From Iphione sp. A-MEVVRFRX5 (lineage: Eukaryota): 64,000 nucleotides of DNA. The translations under genes were made by a program, and so were the position numbers. Location: NCBI GenBank assembly GCA_976226885.1, contig OZ320314.1, forward strand, positions 97,092,001 to 97,156,000. The letters are read 5' to 3'. The notes beneath the pieces were generated by a model. The model was not told the origin of the DNA, searched no databases, and saw only the letters and a program-made list of their open reading frames with translations. Below are positions 1 through 14,879 of this stretch, in pieces. How positions within the stretch are numbered: the stretch's first letter is position 1; every line of letters begins with the position of its first letter.

Positions 1-3000
1 GACACACATGTCAGTCATGTCACTGTCGCGACCTACACTCCATGGTTTGCTCATGAGCTGAATAAAAATACCTGAAAGGAAAGTCTATAAGGCGGTTCGC
101 CTTTCTGGAGCCGGACCTGGCCGTGTCGGCGCTACCCGTTGGGTTTGTGTGTTTTCAATGAGAGACGAGGCTGCAGACTATGAGGGCCATGAGGGTTTCA
201 TGTAGCCTTTGGTCTCCAGGGTACCCACAAGAGGCCGTCGGCAGCCTCTCATGTCGTGAGGGTGCTGTATCAAACCAAGGCAGGCCCGCACTCACTCATT
301 ATCTCACAATCCCCCATTGTTGCTCAGACAAACAGAACAAAACTCTTTTGCTTACCAAATAGGGAAACACAAATATGCACCAGAGTCGTATTTGTGTTTT
401 TTTCTCTCTGTCTCCACATGATCCTCTTTTGTGTTAGTTGGCTTCCGGAGCAAGACTGCCTGTAAGTGAAGGAGTATGGAATGAGAATTACGAAGCTATG
501 GGATTTAAACTCCGACCAGGATTCATGCTTCCTGGAATGCGTCAGATCTCAGCAACAGCCGCCGAGTCGCCTTTTGACATTTCGTACGCCTCCAGACGCC
601 CGTCTCCCCCTTTCGCCCATCCCGCTGCAAACTACCTCCCCATCCCATCATCAATACGGCCGCCGGCGGTCCTGGGACCAGTCGGCCGTGAACCTTGACC
701 TGTTGCCCTATCGATCCCTCCCGGGGCCCCAGACCCCGAAGGGCCCCGAGGACGTCTTCGGCACGTCAGTGGTTATTAATTAGTTGATTGGCAGCCGGAA
801 AATATTAGGTTTTGTCAGGGAATGTGGGGTAGGGCAGTGGGAGTTCTTCTCTCCGCCTAGTCTCTCGGTTATAGCCTCCATGGACCCTGGCACGTATCTA
901 ATGGATGGTCGAGGTCGGTAAAATAATGCAAAGACGCTGTCCTGAGGGGTAATCTTCCGCCAGAGCGGGCTGCGATGAACGGTGAGGTGGTGCGGATTGC
1001 AGGCAATGAAAAGTCCCTTCTCTCCGGGTCTCCTGTTTGCACGGTAGGGTCAATTTTGACTCCTTGTCTAGTTTTTGTGCGGGGATCACTTCCGTCTAGA
1101 GACCTGTTGAAAAGAGGATTAGATTGCGTGGAGGTAACTATAATCAGTTACCTCCATATTCAGTATCAGGACGTAAATCAGATGCCTTCCTTTACCACCA
1201 CAACGTGAATCTACCAAAGCAAGTTGATGGCCGTCTTTTGTGTTCCACATATAATCTACATTTGTCGATTTTTTTTTTACTCTAAGCAGTTTTCACTTTT
1301 GGCACGGATATGTCCGAGAAAAGATATATGTGGTGAATGGCTTTATACAGGAACAAAAAATTCTTCTTCTAACGGTTAGTGCTCATGAGTGCGGGACTTG
1401 TGTTTTCATTTGTATTCCTATATAGCTCCAGCTGCGGTAATCGTAGTAGAAACTAGAAGGGTTGTACTGAATCTGTTTGCTAATGAAAGCCCAGATGGTG
1501 ATGTCGTTCCCGAACTAATCATGCCGAGTAATGAAGACGAAGAGACTATCGATCTACAAGGGTGGAAACATAACACAGGGCATCGCCTCGATTTAACGAA
1601 GGCTGCTGGGGAGAGGACACCCGCTGAACACATGCCGGGCACGTGCCTACCGAGAGACGGTACACTCACACATACACATACATTACATACGGACGCGCAT
1701 TAGAGCTTGCATATAGGCTGCTGCGGGCGTATGCTGCCGTTACGCAATCTCTTGATGACTCACCCATCATCCAGCGAATGCAAACATTCCCTCCTGCGAG
1801 CATACAGACATCTGTGTGAACATTCTCCGAACGCGAACAAACTGATTCATTTTTAATGATGAAACAACTAGCCGTGTTATTCTAAGGTCGCCATGTGTGT
1901 ATATGCGTGTCTGGCTGTGCATGCATGTGTGGGTGTACGTGTATGTATGCGTGTGTGTGTCTGCTGAGAGTGATGAGTAGGTCAGTGACCTTCTCTACAT
2001 GCCCCTGCCACAACGTTTACCGTGGCACCTTTGCCGTCCCCCGCGACAAGCGTTATGTTTAAATGATGAGGGGTAAAACAACCCATTCCCATTATGAAGG
2101 TTGCTGTCCTAGGTGTAGCGCGATAAAAAGTCCAAGCCCAAAGTGTCCCGTACTGAGCAGTGCTGAAAATTGAGTTGTATTGACACACTTGAAAGCCCTG
2201 GTATAATGTCGTTCGTCTAACGTACGAACGCTCACGGCAGCATAAACAATAATAGCCTTTTTTAAAACTTTAAATCAGACTATGAAGCACACTTTTCAAA
2301 ATGACATGCCCACTTAAACGCCATCGCCATGGTAATGGTTCTGGGGGAGCTTCGCTGGGGCTTCGCGAGTCCCATCCCTACCATTCTTTGCCGACCTACT
2401 TAACTGGTGTACAGACAAAGAGGCGGCGCTTGCAAATTACGTTATTGACTCCACAGGTGAAACGTTTGCTTTTTAAAACCTGCCGTCCCACCTAGCTGTG
2501 GAGTCTGCCTCTCGCCTTCTGGTTCTTTGTTCTGATCTCATCATCGACGGTACGTAAAGCCACCCATAAGCTCCTATTTAAGTATAAAATCACTTAAATG
2601 GTCAAAGCATTGTAGGAAGATACAATAAAATAAATTCCAAATCTATGAAGCTTCAATGTAATAAACATTTAGGGATCACCCCGTGAGAGAGAGGCACATC
2701 CTTTTTAAGGTCGAGAGAATATTTGCCTTGATTCCTGTTTGTGCTGTATATTTTTACTTGGTTTCTTCTTGTGCCGTGACTTTTGGATGAAGTCAGTAAT
2801 TTTCCAACCCACAAGACGTACCGCCTGTGCTGTGGTGCGGTGTAACCAAAGCACACCAGCTAGCTATGCTCCAAACGTTGACAGAGCGACTGATTGGGCT
2901 TGTGATTCGGTCAAGTCGGTGGCTCAGCATGTAATAAACCATATGATGCAATTGCTGATGCGCCCCCCTTTCTTCCTTTATTACACTAATCTCATATGCA

Positions 3001-3999
3001 ATTGGCAAGGCACAGAGCCACGTATACGGCGGTCTAGCAGGCCATAAGACCTAATGACCCTAGCCATGATATGATTGAGGATGACATGTTCGAGACAGTG
3101 ATCTATGTACATAACTTATGACATTCTCTGTGTACTTTGGCTGTGTTGCAGTAGTGGCCGGTAAACGTGAGTACTCTGCTTTAGAATTTGCATGGAAATG
3201 TTATTTGTTTCCATTAAAACCTTATTTCATTTTTCTCCAGCATGTTTTTAGAAATAATCAATTCTTAATATGAAAGATATCCTTTGATATCTGGTTGTGA
3301 TCTGATTCGTGTTTCAAATAATACATTTTGTTTTCTTCAGTGACACTGCCTTAAATTTTTCCCTGCTACAAGAAAACTAGTCTTTCTAAGGTTCTTTTGT
3401 TTGAAATTAATCCCCAGCACACATCCAGCAAGTGTTTCTGTTATCCTGTTATAGCCTGCTAAATTTCCGTAAAGGCACTGGTTGTAACCCAAGAACTGTA
3501 ATATATATGTTTGAACTACGTAAATGTAACAACTAATTCGGCACTCAGCAAAAAAGATACAGCTTGCACAAGATAACTAAGCAGCATGTCTACAACCTTT
3601 GATATAGTCCTCCCTTGATGTTAGGTGGTACGCTTTGATGAAGCAGCAACTACCCTCTGGCTTTAGTGATGGACATCAATAGTCACCTGAAGCAGGTGCT
3701 GCGCCATTGCGTCACGCAGCTACATGCTCTTGTTCACCTGAGCATGCAGGAAGACCATGCATGGGGAGCGAGTAGCTCGTAGTCATGGTTCTAATTTGTT
3801 CACCTGATTCATCTTTCATGGCTTCTAGGCGGGAGACGGCCTGGCCAGTCCGCCTTAAGGGTCTGTGGACCGCGTGTGGTTCGCGGCCAGGCAATGCTGG
3901 CGTGCCGGCAGGCCGACAGGGACCCAATAACAACACCATCACTCTCCTTCCCTCTCCAACCCCCCCAGCCCTCTACCCGACTCTGTCCTATCACCGTAG

Positions 4000-4059
4000 C
4001 ACACACACATACACACACAAACACACAAAAACACATACACACATGCACAAGACACACAC
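4000..4059. repeat. Imperfect (CA)n microsatellite
   Basis: cacacacacatacacacacaaacacacaaaaacacatacacacat... Confidence 0.9.
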
Positions 4060-4708
4060 TAGCGGGCCTGCGTCCTCTCTTTAAATATGGAGGACGTGCG
4101 TCATCACGACATGTCTTCGGCCTTCGATGTCGAGATGCACAACAATGGATAGTAAATCATCCCAAAGGCCTCCAGCATTATTAGGCATTGATCCATGGTA
4201 GGAACTGCAGGGATGGCTTGATGCCTTCTAGGGCTCCATACTCTTTCATTCAGAACACTCTTCTGTAAAGAAGAGAAAGAACGTTTATTGAAAAAAGTTA
4301 TCCAAAAAATTAACAACAAACAATTTTTTTTTCATTTTGAACGAAACATTTTAGACAAAAAATGGCTCTTTTGAAAACTGCCGTATGTGTGTTCTTTAAA
4401 TCAGTGATGGCAAAATATCAAGATTGCTTCCATGTTGCAAAATAAACAATATGAGAAACAATTATCAGTGCAGTATAAATGAGTGTTTTAAAGCTCCCTT
4501 GTCGAGTCCATCTAGCCCAGCTGTTGCATTCCGCCCGGGGTCAGGTCAGGGTGCGTGCGCAGCGACTGGTTGTTCCCAGAGTCATCTCCACCCGAAGGCG
4601 CTGCGTCAAGCGCGTGCGCCGTGCAGCCCTACGGTCGCGTCTCACACACGTGCACCTGCGCGCAGCAGTGCGCGACCCCTCGGGCGCGCGCACGCACGGA
4701 CGCTGCTT

Positions 4709-4748
4709 GGGGCTGGGGGGCTAGGGGGCTGGGGGCTGGGGGGCTGGG
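4709..4748 (+). repeat. (GGGGGCT)n G-rich repeat with G-quadruplex potential
   Basis: Six G-tracts of 3-6 G separated by 2-3 nt loops (CT or CTA). Confidence 0.75.
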
Positions 4749-6825
4749 CCGGGAGATGACAACGAGGAGGGGAGGAAAGATTGACAGGAAGGGAGGAGGA
4801 CCGGCAGGAAGGGAGGAGGCCATCAGGAAGGACGCAGGGTTACGGTGGTAGTGGGCGGGAGTAGGTTAGTATCGGGGCGTGGGGAAAGTTCAGTCAGTAG
4901 TTGCAGGAGACATCTGTATGGTCCACAGCCTGTAGCAACCTCCTCCTCCTCCCCCTCTGGTCAACGCCCACCCACCCAAGTGATAGTGACAGTCAGGCCT
5001 ATAGCAGCGAGCGGATGAGACGACTCTCCACCGCGGCTGTGTCCACGGGTCCCTCTGTAATTATCACCGCGCTTTGTGTCAGTGATGTTTTACCGACGGC
5101 CCCGAATCCTATACGAGCAGAGACATATCGTCGCCAGGAGGCGCCCTTGATGATAGGTTATGCTAATGGCACGTTTTGAACTGAACCATGTGGCACAGAG
5201 AGACAATGCGCAAGGTTAATGACACGCTTATGGACCCTCAATGATCACAAACAGCAGTAACGCTAGGCTTTTGTTGCTATACATTTACATGAATCCATCA
5301 CTTTAGTCTGATGAAACAACTAACGACCATCCACTAAAAAGGTTTGTTTAAAAGAATGTTGCTTTTCGGTAGTGAACAAAAACATAATGATATATTGCAA
5401 CAGTCAACGTTATTTAATTCACTCGGTGAACGCAAAGGCAATTAGTGATTAATTAGATATACAATTAGTATTTTTATGGGGAAAAACAATGATAAGACGC
5501 CCTCCCTACCTTGCCAGCAATATGCATCGGAACATTCACTTAATGGTTTTCTTACTAGAATGGTTCTGTGAATATCTAGACAAAATTAAAATGTATTTCA
5601 CAATTAAGATTTTTTTCACAACGAATTAAATGTTTTGTTAGCATATTTCACACAATGAACTTGCCCTGTTATGCTTATGATTAGAGAAAGCACACACCTA
5701 GAAAAGTCAACTAACGTAGTAGACACTGACTCTGCATATACAGTACTCGTTTTACAAGAGTTTGTGTGTAATGATGTTTCTAGTAGCCCAGTGTGTTACC
5801 ATGACACCGGGGCAGGTGGGTAGGCTAGGCCATATGGCACACCTGTACCAGGACGGGCTCCGACCCAGTACTTAAGAATGACAGGTGGTGTGTCCACGTG
5901 AAGTGTACTAGAGCATGCCAAATTAGATACAAAGGTTCACTTGAACAAAAAAAACTGTTGACAGAACATATCACACGACGTAAAAGACAATTTAGAAGCA
6001 AGAGACAAATCGTAAGTTTTCTTTAGGGATTGGGCTTTTACGATTCCACCGATAGTTGCCAATTGAATTATTCTCATATTTAAAAAAAAACAACACCGTT
6101 TCTAAACAGGTGTGCCGGTCCTTATCTGTTACGGCGATATTGCTGGATCTAAATGGACAGCAAACTAAAGCCCATCTCCCAGCAGTATGACAGGCCAGAG
6201 GTTAAGTTTAAACTGATAGCAATGTGCGACGATACTGTTCGGATCTCATCTCGAGGCCTCATAGAGAAACAGACATGGTAAATTTCACATGTCTAGCGCA
6301 CCTTCATGGCAAATGTAAATGAATACGTTATACAGATATCTATATGGATTAACTATTTCAGTTACTTTCATCCGGTCTTACCAATGTAGTTTAACCATTA
6401 AATTGTATATTTTGCATTCCCAGTAAAAAATAAAATGCATTCTATAAGAGTCAGGCATAGAACAAGTCCTTCGTGAAATATGGCTGTAAAGAAGTCCGTT
6501 TACGGTTTTTGAGCGAATTTAGAAGAGAAATAACTAGTAACTTTACACGCTTTTTTCATATTGAACAATGCCAGTCGTTTTCATGACGCAGGCGCATAGA
6601 TCGTTTCCGATTAACGTTCCTGTCTTTAGTGTACTATGATACATTTATAAAGGACACATAGGCACAGAGAGAAAAAGGGAATACGTGAGCACGCTCCAAT
6701 TCATTCTATATCTCCGCTCACAGCAGTGTTCGTTTACCCGTATTGTCCCCATCTGCCGAGACCTTCGGATGGATCTTTCCCTTCACCGCATGCTAACAAC
6801 TACTTTGTATTCAAATACAGTTCTG

Positions 6826-6860
6826 GTGTGTGTATGTGTGTGTAAGTGTGTGTGTGTGTG
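6826..6860. repeat. Imperfect (TG)n microsatellite
   Basis: gtgtgtgtatgtgtgtgtaagtgtgtgtgtgtgtg. Confidence 0.9.
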
Positions 6861-9800
6861 CACACAACCTGACAGAAACCCGACTCAATCCTCTAGGTCC
6901 TCATGATGCACATTACTATATTTGATTCGAAATAGACGGAAATACCATTGTAGTGGCTATACATGTGTCATGTTACCACTATAATGGCCCTATACACAAA
7001 TTCGAACATCCCCAGGACATTAAGTTAGGAGGGATATATACATTACTATATACACTATCGGCCGAGAGAAGGAAAGCTCCAAGAAACGTCAATAATTTTA
7101 GCATTTCTTTTTATAAACGAATAGCTTTTTACAGATCCTCATTTGGTATTCTTTTAAACAGTATAAAAGGATAACGTCATATCTATTCTTTGATTAATAC
7201 CGGAAAATTATGAGGTAGCATGAAAATAATTATATGCATAAGATGACTGTATTGATCGGTGACGTTAGAATACTGGATGTACAGCTCTAGATGTAACAAA
7301 CAATAGCTATATTTAATGATTGATATACTAAGATCATCGAAGAGTTTAAACTTACGATTACACTAGACAAAAGGGTCTTGGGGCAGTGTACAACCAAAGA
7401 CGTTAATGGGACCCACAATCGTTTTTACTGGCATAGGATATTAAAACGTGTTACCAAATCCCCTCATGTATATTCACCTTTGCATAGTATTTATCGCAAT
7501 CATAACGATGAAAGCATTATTTTTAGCGTTGCCGTCCTTCCTGGCATTAAAACTGATAGTTTGCTTACACTGAATACTTTATGACAGAGGGTAGCACAAA
7601 TATTGCTTTCATTATGACAAGTTCGTTATTGTTGATGGCCATTTTGCAGTAGGAAAGGACCTAGCATTGACCTTTCCGTTTACGTAATTTGTTGAGTCAG
7701 TGCCATATTAGGACGGGCACGTAAGGGTATGGCTCTTCAATAGAGTCTTTACGTAAGAATCCATAGTGTGTGTAAACATGACCCCAAGGCCTCTTATATG
7801 ACGAGGCAATAATAAAATGTGACGCGTTTTCCCGAGCATATGGTAGGTAATTATATGAGTCAGACGAAGTGGTAAATTTGCCAAACTTGAACCCCTTTTC
7901 CCTATACTACTGATGCCAGTCTGCCGTCTTCAAGATAAGAGGCAATTTGCCGTCAGTACCTAGACCATTTCTAGCTGAAGAGGCAGTGTTGCCTCTTGCC
8001 AGTCGGAGTAACCGTTTCTCAAGCACTTCCATCGATAACGACAATGACGATGGCCACCATGGTTACGGGCGTGGCTTGTGGCCACGCCACAGCCGAGGTT
8101 TCAACCGTCGAGTCCTTGTCTGCTTGCCCGTCCGTTTTCTCCCTCTCCCTCGTCTCTCACTCTCTCTCTTTCTCTCTCAGCCGCTGGTCAATGCCAGAGA
8201 GGTCCCAAAACGACCACAGAGGAACGCGGCCGCCGCCCCCAAAGTCCCATTTCCGGTCTGATTGCCACCTGCTTCCGGTTAATCTGGCTGATGATCCGAG
8301 CTGATATGAGCAGATTAGAGGGCAGCCGAGCAAATCTGGAGCGGCTCTCGGCGCCGGACCGTCTGAGAGCCGGGGAAATTTGATTTAGCACTTCATAGAA
8401 AGCAGCCATAAAGGCGCGAGGGACCTTTGAGCAGGCCAGCAAGCGCTGTTCAATCTTTTAGATTGGACGGTTTACCTCCCGTTAGGGTTAAACAAACGGG
8501 AACGACTGACAGCTGCATCTGAAGCCAGTCAAAGCCTGATATATATTTCATGAGATCCCTCTGCCCTACACAATCACACTAAGCACATCGTTTTATATCT
8601 GCTGATAGGATAATGTAGAGGACAGCCAACGGGCCCTGTACCATTAAAAGTAGGCAGTGTTTCCAAAAGAGGTTGCAGATCATAATCGTGTCCCACATAA
8701 ACTATGGGAATCAGTTGAGCTCTCATATTTATTTTTCACAATCCATTATATTCATAAATTAATATGCCTGATATAATCTTAAAGGAGGATATACGTGTAA
8801 TATAAGAAAAACATTCTTTTTACAAGACCGAAGCAATCGGAGAATGTTTGTGTACAATCAGCTTTAATTATAACTTCAGTTGTTTTGCCCCCAGTCTTCA
8901 TACATATTGAATGTTTCATTGCATCGATTCCAAAATATGTAGCACGAGAATATTGGATGAAAGGAAAGGTCTTTTGGTCATGCAAACGAATGTGATTATG
9001 TCAAAGTCCAGCATGTAAATTCGTATTTGTGTTCATCACATTCATTTAAACTTCAAGGTGGTAGGATAAAAGCCTTACATATCCGTGTATGTTTCAATGA
9101 GGTGAATTGACTTCCACAAGAAGAAACAATTCTATTACAAAGCGGCAGTCATGGAGGAGCAAGTTTCATTGGCCTGGATTGGTATGTCAGGGATTAGGGA
9201 ATAGCTAAAAGATTGATCAAAATGAGTGTGAGAAAATCTGTAGATGAGATGAAATTGAATGAATTGAAGTGACATCGACTGAGACTGCGATGTGGATTGG
9301 TGTGATAGAATTGCCCTTGATGATTTAGTAGTGATATACTGGGTTGAATATAGTAGATGATATATTCATTTGCATGTTAGGGTAATGTACTGATTCAGAG
9401 TGATAGCTTAAAAACTTGCTTATTCACAGTAATGTCATGTGTCTTCCCTCTTTGTGTACCATATATTGATATCGAAGCCTGCTTATATGGAAAGAGTGAG
9501 ACCTCTGTTTTCTCTACTGCGTCGCCAATCAAGCTTGGGTGCAAATCCTCTTAAACCTAATTACCATGTATCTTTAAGCTACTTACAAGCTTCCTTGTAC
9601 GCTTATTCCGACAAATGAATCCTAGAGCATTAAGCTCTAGCTACAACTATTTTATCTTTTGACATATAGAAAGCAGTTCTATTCGTGAAGTAATTGTGCG
9701 AAGCTGCAGAAATTAGAAGAGCATGGGTGATTGCCTGTACTATGTGTACGGTTTTGTATCAACATACGCACACAATAGTTATGTCCATGACAATATAATT

Positions 9801-12800
9801 ATGTCGTCATTTCATGAGTTGCTCTTGTGGCCATCTCAGTAAATTGGACGTCCACTCTACAAATAAGTACTATTCCGATATAAGCACAACCCTGCCATTT
9901 TCGAGTATGTCTATATGTTAGCATACATACTAGCAGAGATGATACTGAATAATATAAAAGCCATTATGAACAATATGTGAGGTCTGACATGAAGAAGCTG
10001 ACCCCACTGTTAGTGTCTCCCTTGAAACCCCTTTCCCAGGTGTCATTGCCCCTCACGAAAGGTCACCATATGTCATACCTGGACACACACGCACAGCCAT
10101 GACCAACCGAGCGTAATTATAGTGAACCTTTCGGCGCGGCTCACCACCTCCCCGTCGTTATCATCTTCCTGACCCACCGTCTAAATTCTAACGATGCTAG
10201 GTAGCAAAGGACAGCGGCCGACCTGCTGTTAGGATCTGCGTGACACCCGCTGTGCCCCATGGGGTCGGCGTCGCTCGTCCCTATAGATGCGTCGACCGTG
10301 CAGGATCACCGACAGTCGCCGGGTCGTGAGGCTTCGGACGGCGCCGACCTGGGGGTGGGGATGGGGGGATATGAGCCCAGGATTTACCGGCGCTCCTCGT
10401 CACCTCTCAGCTACCACTCGGGCATTGTCTACGGAACCGTCAACATGAGAGCCGCGGCCCGGTCCCGAATGGATGGCGCCTGCCGGTGCGCGGTTGGCAT
10501 CACGGTATAGCGCCATTACCGCCAGCCTGATTATTGGTAATGATTGAAGCTCGGGCTTAGATGGAGCCCAATGGCAGGGGCAATAAAACGCTGACTCATC
10601 CTGCTCAACACGCTCGCGCAATTTATATGGGTTTCCCCACCCCCAGATTCTAATGGTTTCATTTCATTAAACATCGCGTCGTGTTTTGGTCATAGACCTT
10701 TTTTATGTGTCACCCTCCACCTGTGGATAGTTAGTTGGATGTGTACGACATACACGTAGAGGGGGGAGTGTGGTGTTATTGGCGTATCGCACGGTAAAAT
10801 GACATAGACATGGCGACAGGAAACAGCTCGGAGCTTAATGGCCGCAAGTCACACCATAGTTAAAAGGAGGAGGACAATTTATCGGGTTATTTGGTTCAAC
10901 TCAATACCGGAATGAATATATAATGAACAATATACTAATTTTGGATCTGTGACACACATATAACGTTTTGCCTGATATATGCTGCATACGTATCGTATAT
11001 GTTCAATGCCTATGTATGATATTTAGAATGATTTAGTGGAGAAACATTTTAGAAGATACGTGCATTATTTTTTAAATCCTAAGAGTTGTTAGCAGTGGGC
11101 AGTAAGAAAAGGACGCTCTAGCTATTGGCAAAGATCTCTAACTCGTGGCTTTTCCCTAGAAATGAGCTTTATAAGGTAGGTTAGGCAATGGCAGGGTTTA
11201 GATACTGGACTTGTAATTCTACTTAATTGGCGCCAATGACAGCGTCTTAATTAATTAGGATCGACGCGAGCTTTGCTCTGCCAGAAACAGTTCCGCCTAC
11301 CCGTCCATATGCTGAACAAACAGAACACTAATTAGAAGAGAGCATGACTCGTTTTATTTACAGCCGTACTTGCGGTTGCAGAGCTTAGGTTTTGGCTTCC
11401 TGTAACAATTGAAGGAATCACGCTTTGAGTGCCTTGGTATTTTTAATATAAAAAATATTTTGAGAAAAAATACATAATGATGTCCCCGTATTTATCATGG
11501 GTGATTCAACGAGAATGGTACATGCATTTTATAATTTAAGCCTTCATTTAACAGGAGTGTGTTTTACCAAATGTACCGATTTCAAGATTTGTATCGAGAA
11601 AATATGGCCCCCTCCGCTATTACCTATTTGATAGAAGTAAACACCACCATTGTATTCAAAATAGTCACTAACGTTGACGCCCATCTTTTTACCTAGACAC
11701 TATCTATACAAGCCAGAACCTTTGAGGTAAGACGCTTTCTGCTGACTTGATTTTGAAAAAAAAGGATGAAGAGCCACTTTGTACTTCAGGGAAAGGTTCT
11801 GTTTTGTTTGTACTGACTCGTGTCCAATGAAAATCGTGCTTTGAAGGATCTGACACTAAGTGGGCTGAGCTAGGATGCCCTGAGTCAATTTTCCTTCTTA
11901 TGTGTATAGTGCTTATGTACGAATGGGCACAGGTACATTCGTTCTCTTTAAATAAATCGAGTGATTTGAATGGACCCAGACTATAGACATGGTTTATTGA
12001 GAACGACCGTGCGCTGTCCACCCGGCCCACATAGCCATGACCTTCCCTACGAGCCAACTCTACTGAGGCTTGATCCTGAAGCGAACCAAGACGTACCATT
12101 TGAACTGAGGGCAATGGCTGGGGAGAGGCATTGAAGGCTACGGAGCCCGCCCATATTGGCGATGGTGTCTTTCAGTATTTACACCCACCTGACCCTCCCC
12201 GTCGAGTTCGTTCTGCTGCGTCCCCTCAGTTCAAATTGAGCGTGCAGGGGCTTATTATGAAGCTTTATGGCGTGTAAACTGCATGCAGTGCGCATGATGT
12301 ATAGTTTGCGCCGGTCTGTCACGGTACACAATCCTTGTTGTCACAGATGTATTTTCGCAGGGTGTATTGATCATCTCTTAAGTCTGCGGCTACAGTTTCG
12401 GGTTGCTGGCCTGCAGCCACCCTCGGCGAGGTTGTCGCGTGCTGTTATTATGTCTGAGGGATTTAAATACTGCTTCTTCAGTGGTGGTCTTTGCTTAGGT
12501 ACTTGAAAGTTAATGTCAGTTGAACTCCGTCTCCGATGGTGGTCCGTACGTGTAATTCGATGGCAGTTTGCCATTAAGAAACCCAATATTCTCTCAACGC
12601 ACAGGCGCATCGTTATCTCCATTCTTACCTTACCTGACAACAATATCTCAGCACACAATAACGTGACTAGATAAGGGGGAAAAGTAGGACTATACAGCCT
12701 CAAATTTATCTCCAGCCGTAAGGCATCAATCAAGTAGCACGTTGGTGGGGGACCCCAACATGTCACGAGTTGTACTGGCACCGTGTGATTTTAGACGATC

Positions 12801-14174
12801 GGCATTCTGTCGCTTGACGCACTGCGTCAACAAATAGGCGTCTACTGGAGCGGAAAGATCAAGTGCCGCTGGCAGCATTGGGCGCTGTCTCGGTCAGCCC
12901 CGGCTTAGGAAACTGGGGCGTGAGGTTGAGTGTTTTCCGACGATCTTCCCATGAAGGGCTAGCACAGCATCCGAGTGGCACAAATTCTACTTAGACTTTC
13001 CTAAATAATATTTTTGTGTGTGGCAGGCCATACGAAATGGCAATGCAATATCGCAGTCACTGGCGTACATAAAGTTGACATGTTATACAATCTTTGCACC
13101 ATCACCTTCTCTCGGCATGTTTACGCCATGAAACTTGAAGCTTGTAGTTTATCTGCCTACCTCTGTCTTGACATCTTTATTGTTATCGACCGGTTAGGTC
13201 TGGCCCCGCGTTCTGGCAAGTGGACAGATAATCTCTGCTATCGTGTGACAGGATCATATAACAGTATGAGACAGTCTATACAAACCCAACGTTGTCGCGC
13301 ACAGCCTCACCCATAGACATGACCATATATTCTCAACCCTGTGTGGAAAGATACCCATCCACAGACACTGATGAAAAAGAGTATTTTCATGAACAGATTT
13401 TCCTTAATAAAACGTCTTCCAAATGCCATCCGAAACCACACATCAGGGCACTATTTACTCGGGGTGTTGGGATTATTCATAAGCAACGTTTTAATAGTAA
13501 TCGCCTGTTCTCCTAGCCTCAGTGAGGCACAACCTTGTGGCGCCATTTCAGAGGCCATAATGGAAGCCCGACTTTCACACGTTGTGGGGCTTTCATGCGT
13601 TCTCTCCTTTTTCAGAGCTTCTCTCGTGCATGCTATCCCTCAACATATTTATCGTCAAAAACCCTCTCTTCGCGTGTGTGTTGAAAAATGTGCCACCCAC
13701 AAAAGGAAAGTGACGGTAGTCGATTTTCAGCCGAGGCGATAAAAGGATTTCACATGCGTTGACAAATGGATTCTCTCAGTGTGTAAGTCCTTGGAATGAT
13801 CATGCGAGGATATTTGTTAAAGGGAACGAAAACTGGCGATTAAAAGGGCCGAAAAATTACATTGGCGCTGAAGAAAATATGAATAATTATGCATAATTTG
13901 GCGCATTGAGTTGGCGCTCGCATCACAAGGGTAGGCATTCGGATTGGACACATTTTGTCCGCTCGCGCTTCTAAAGAATTGAGCTCGGTGGAATAGTATT
14001 CCGAGGGAATGATGGGGTCAGAGGTCAGATATGTCAAATGGCTGCGTGCTCCGTGGGCAGCAGGAGGCCGTGTCCAGCAGACGTCGATTTATAAATAATG
14101 TTAAACATTTATAGACTCCCCCCATCTGTTAACACTCGACTAGCACGGCACCTACCGGTTTCCAGGCTGAGTTG

Positions 14175-14188
14175 CCGCCAGGAGGCGC
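14175..14188 (+). promoter_or_regulatory. CTCF core motif
   Basis: CCGCCAGGAGGCGC; a second core CCACCAGGCGGC follows at 14201-14212. Confidence 0.55.
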
Positions 14189-14879
14189 CACTAATCAGTG
14201 CCACCAGGCGGCCATAGCTCGGGGCGCGGCGAACGGGGGGCTGGCGGTGGATGGAAGAGCCCACGGGTGTCCTCTCAGGTGGTTCCCAACAGGACGAAGG
14301 CGCCGGGAAGCGACTCAAGAGCAACAGGCGGCATGGGTAGGAGCCTCTTGCCGGGAGTGCATTTTGATATTAATTAACACTTTTCTGCCCTTTTTCTCTC
14401 CAAGCTGAAAGTGCTTTCTCCCATCCGAAAACACGAAGTTCAAGTTTGATTTTTTACCGACAGTTTGTAGTGACGACTTCGGTGTTTCTCATAGTCAATT
14501 ACATAATTGCGTTTCTCTCCCAATATTTATTTTCAGATTTTTCGAACTCACTGCCAGACCGAACAAAATACTAACTCTCGATATTTGATGACTATAATGT
14601 GTTTACCGACAGCGGCAAAAACTACTTCATTATGGCAGAAATATTTGCCAGGGGGGTGTTACTGCCGGAGTAATTGGGTGCCTGGCTCCGACGACGAGCA
14701 GCTCGACTATTGACCGTTCGGAGGACTCTCCCCGGGTGGGTAACTGCATGTGGTGGGTCGTGCATAGTTTAAGAGCAACTCAAAGTCCAGGGCCTCGAAA
14801 GGCCGGGCTCGTTGCAATTGTTTACCCAGCGCTGTATGATCCACGTCAGTTCTCGGGCTGGCCCTGTTTGCATGGCCTA

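Noticed and set aside
438-461. 24-nt microexon candidate (ttAG| ... CCT|gtaagt)
   Set aside because: Weak exonic donor context and nothing links it to a gene; it cannot be separated from chance.
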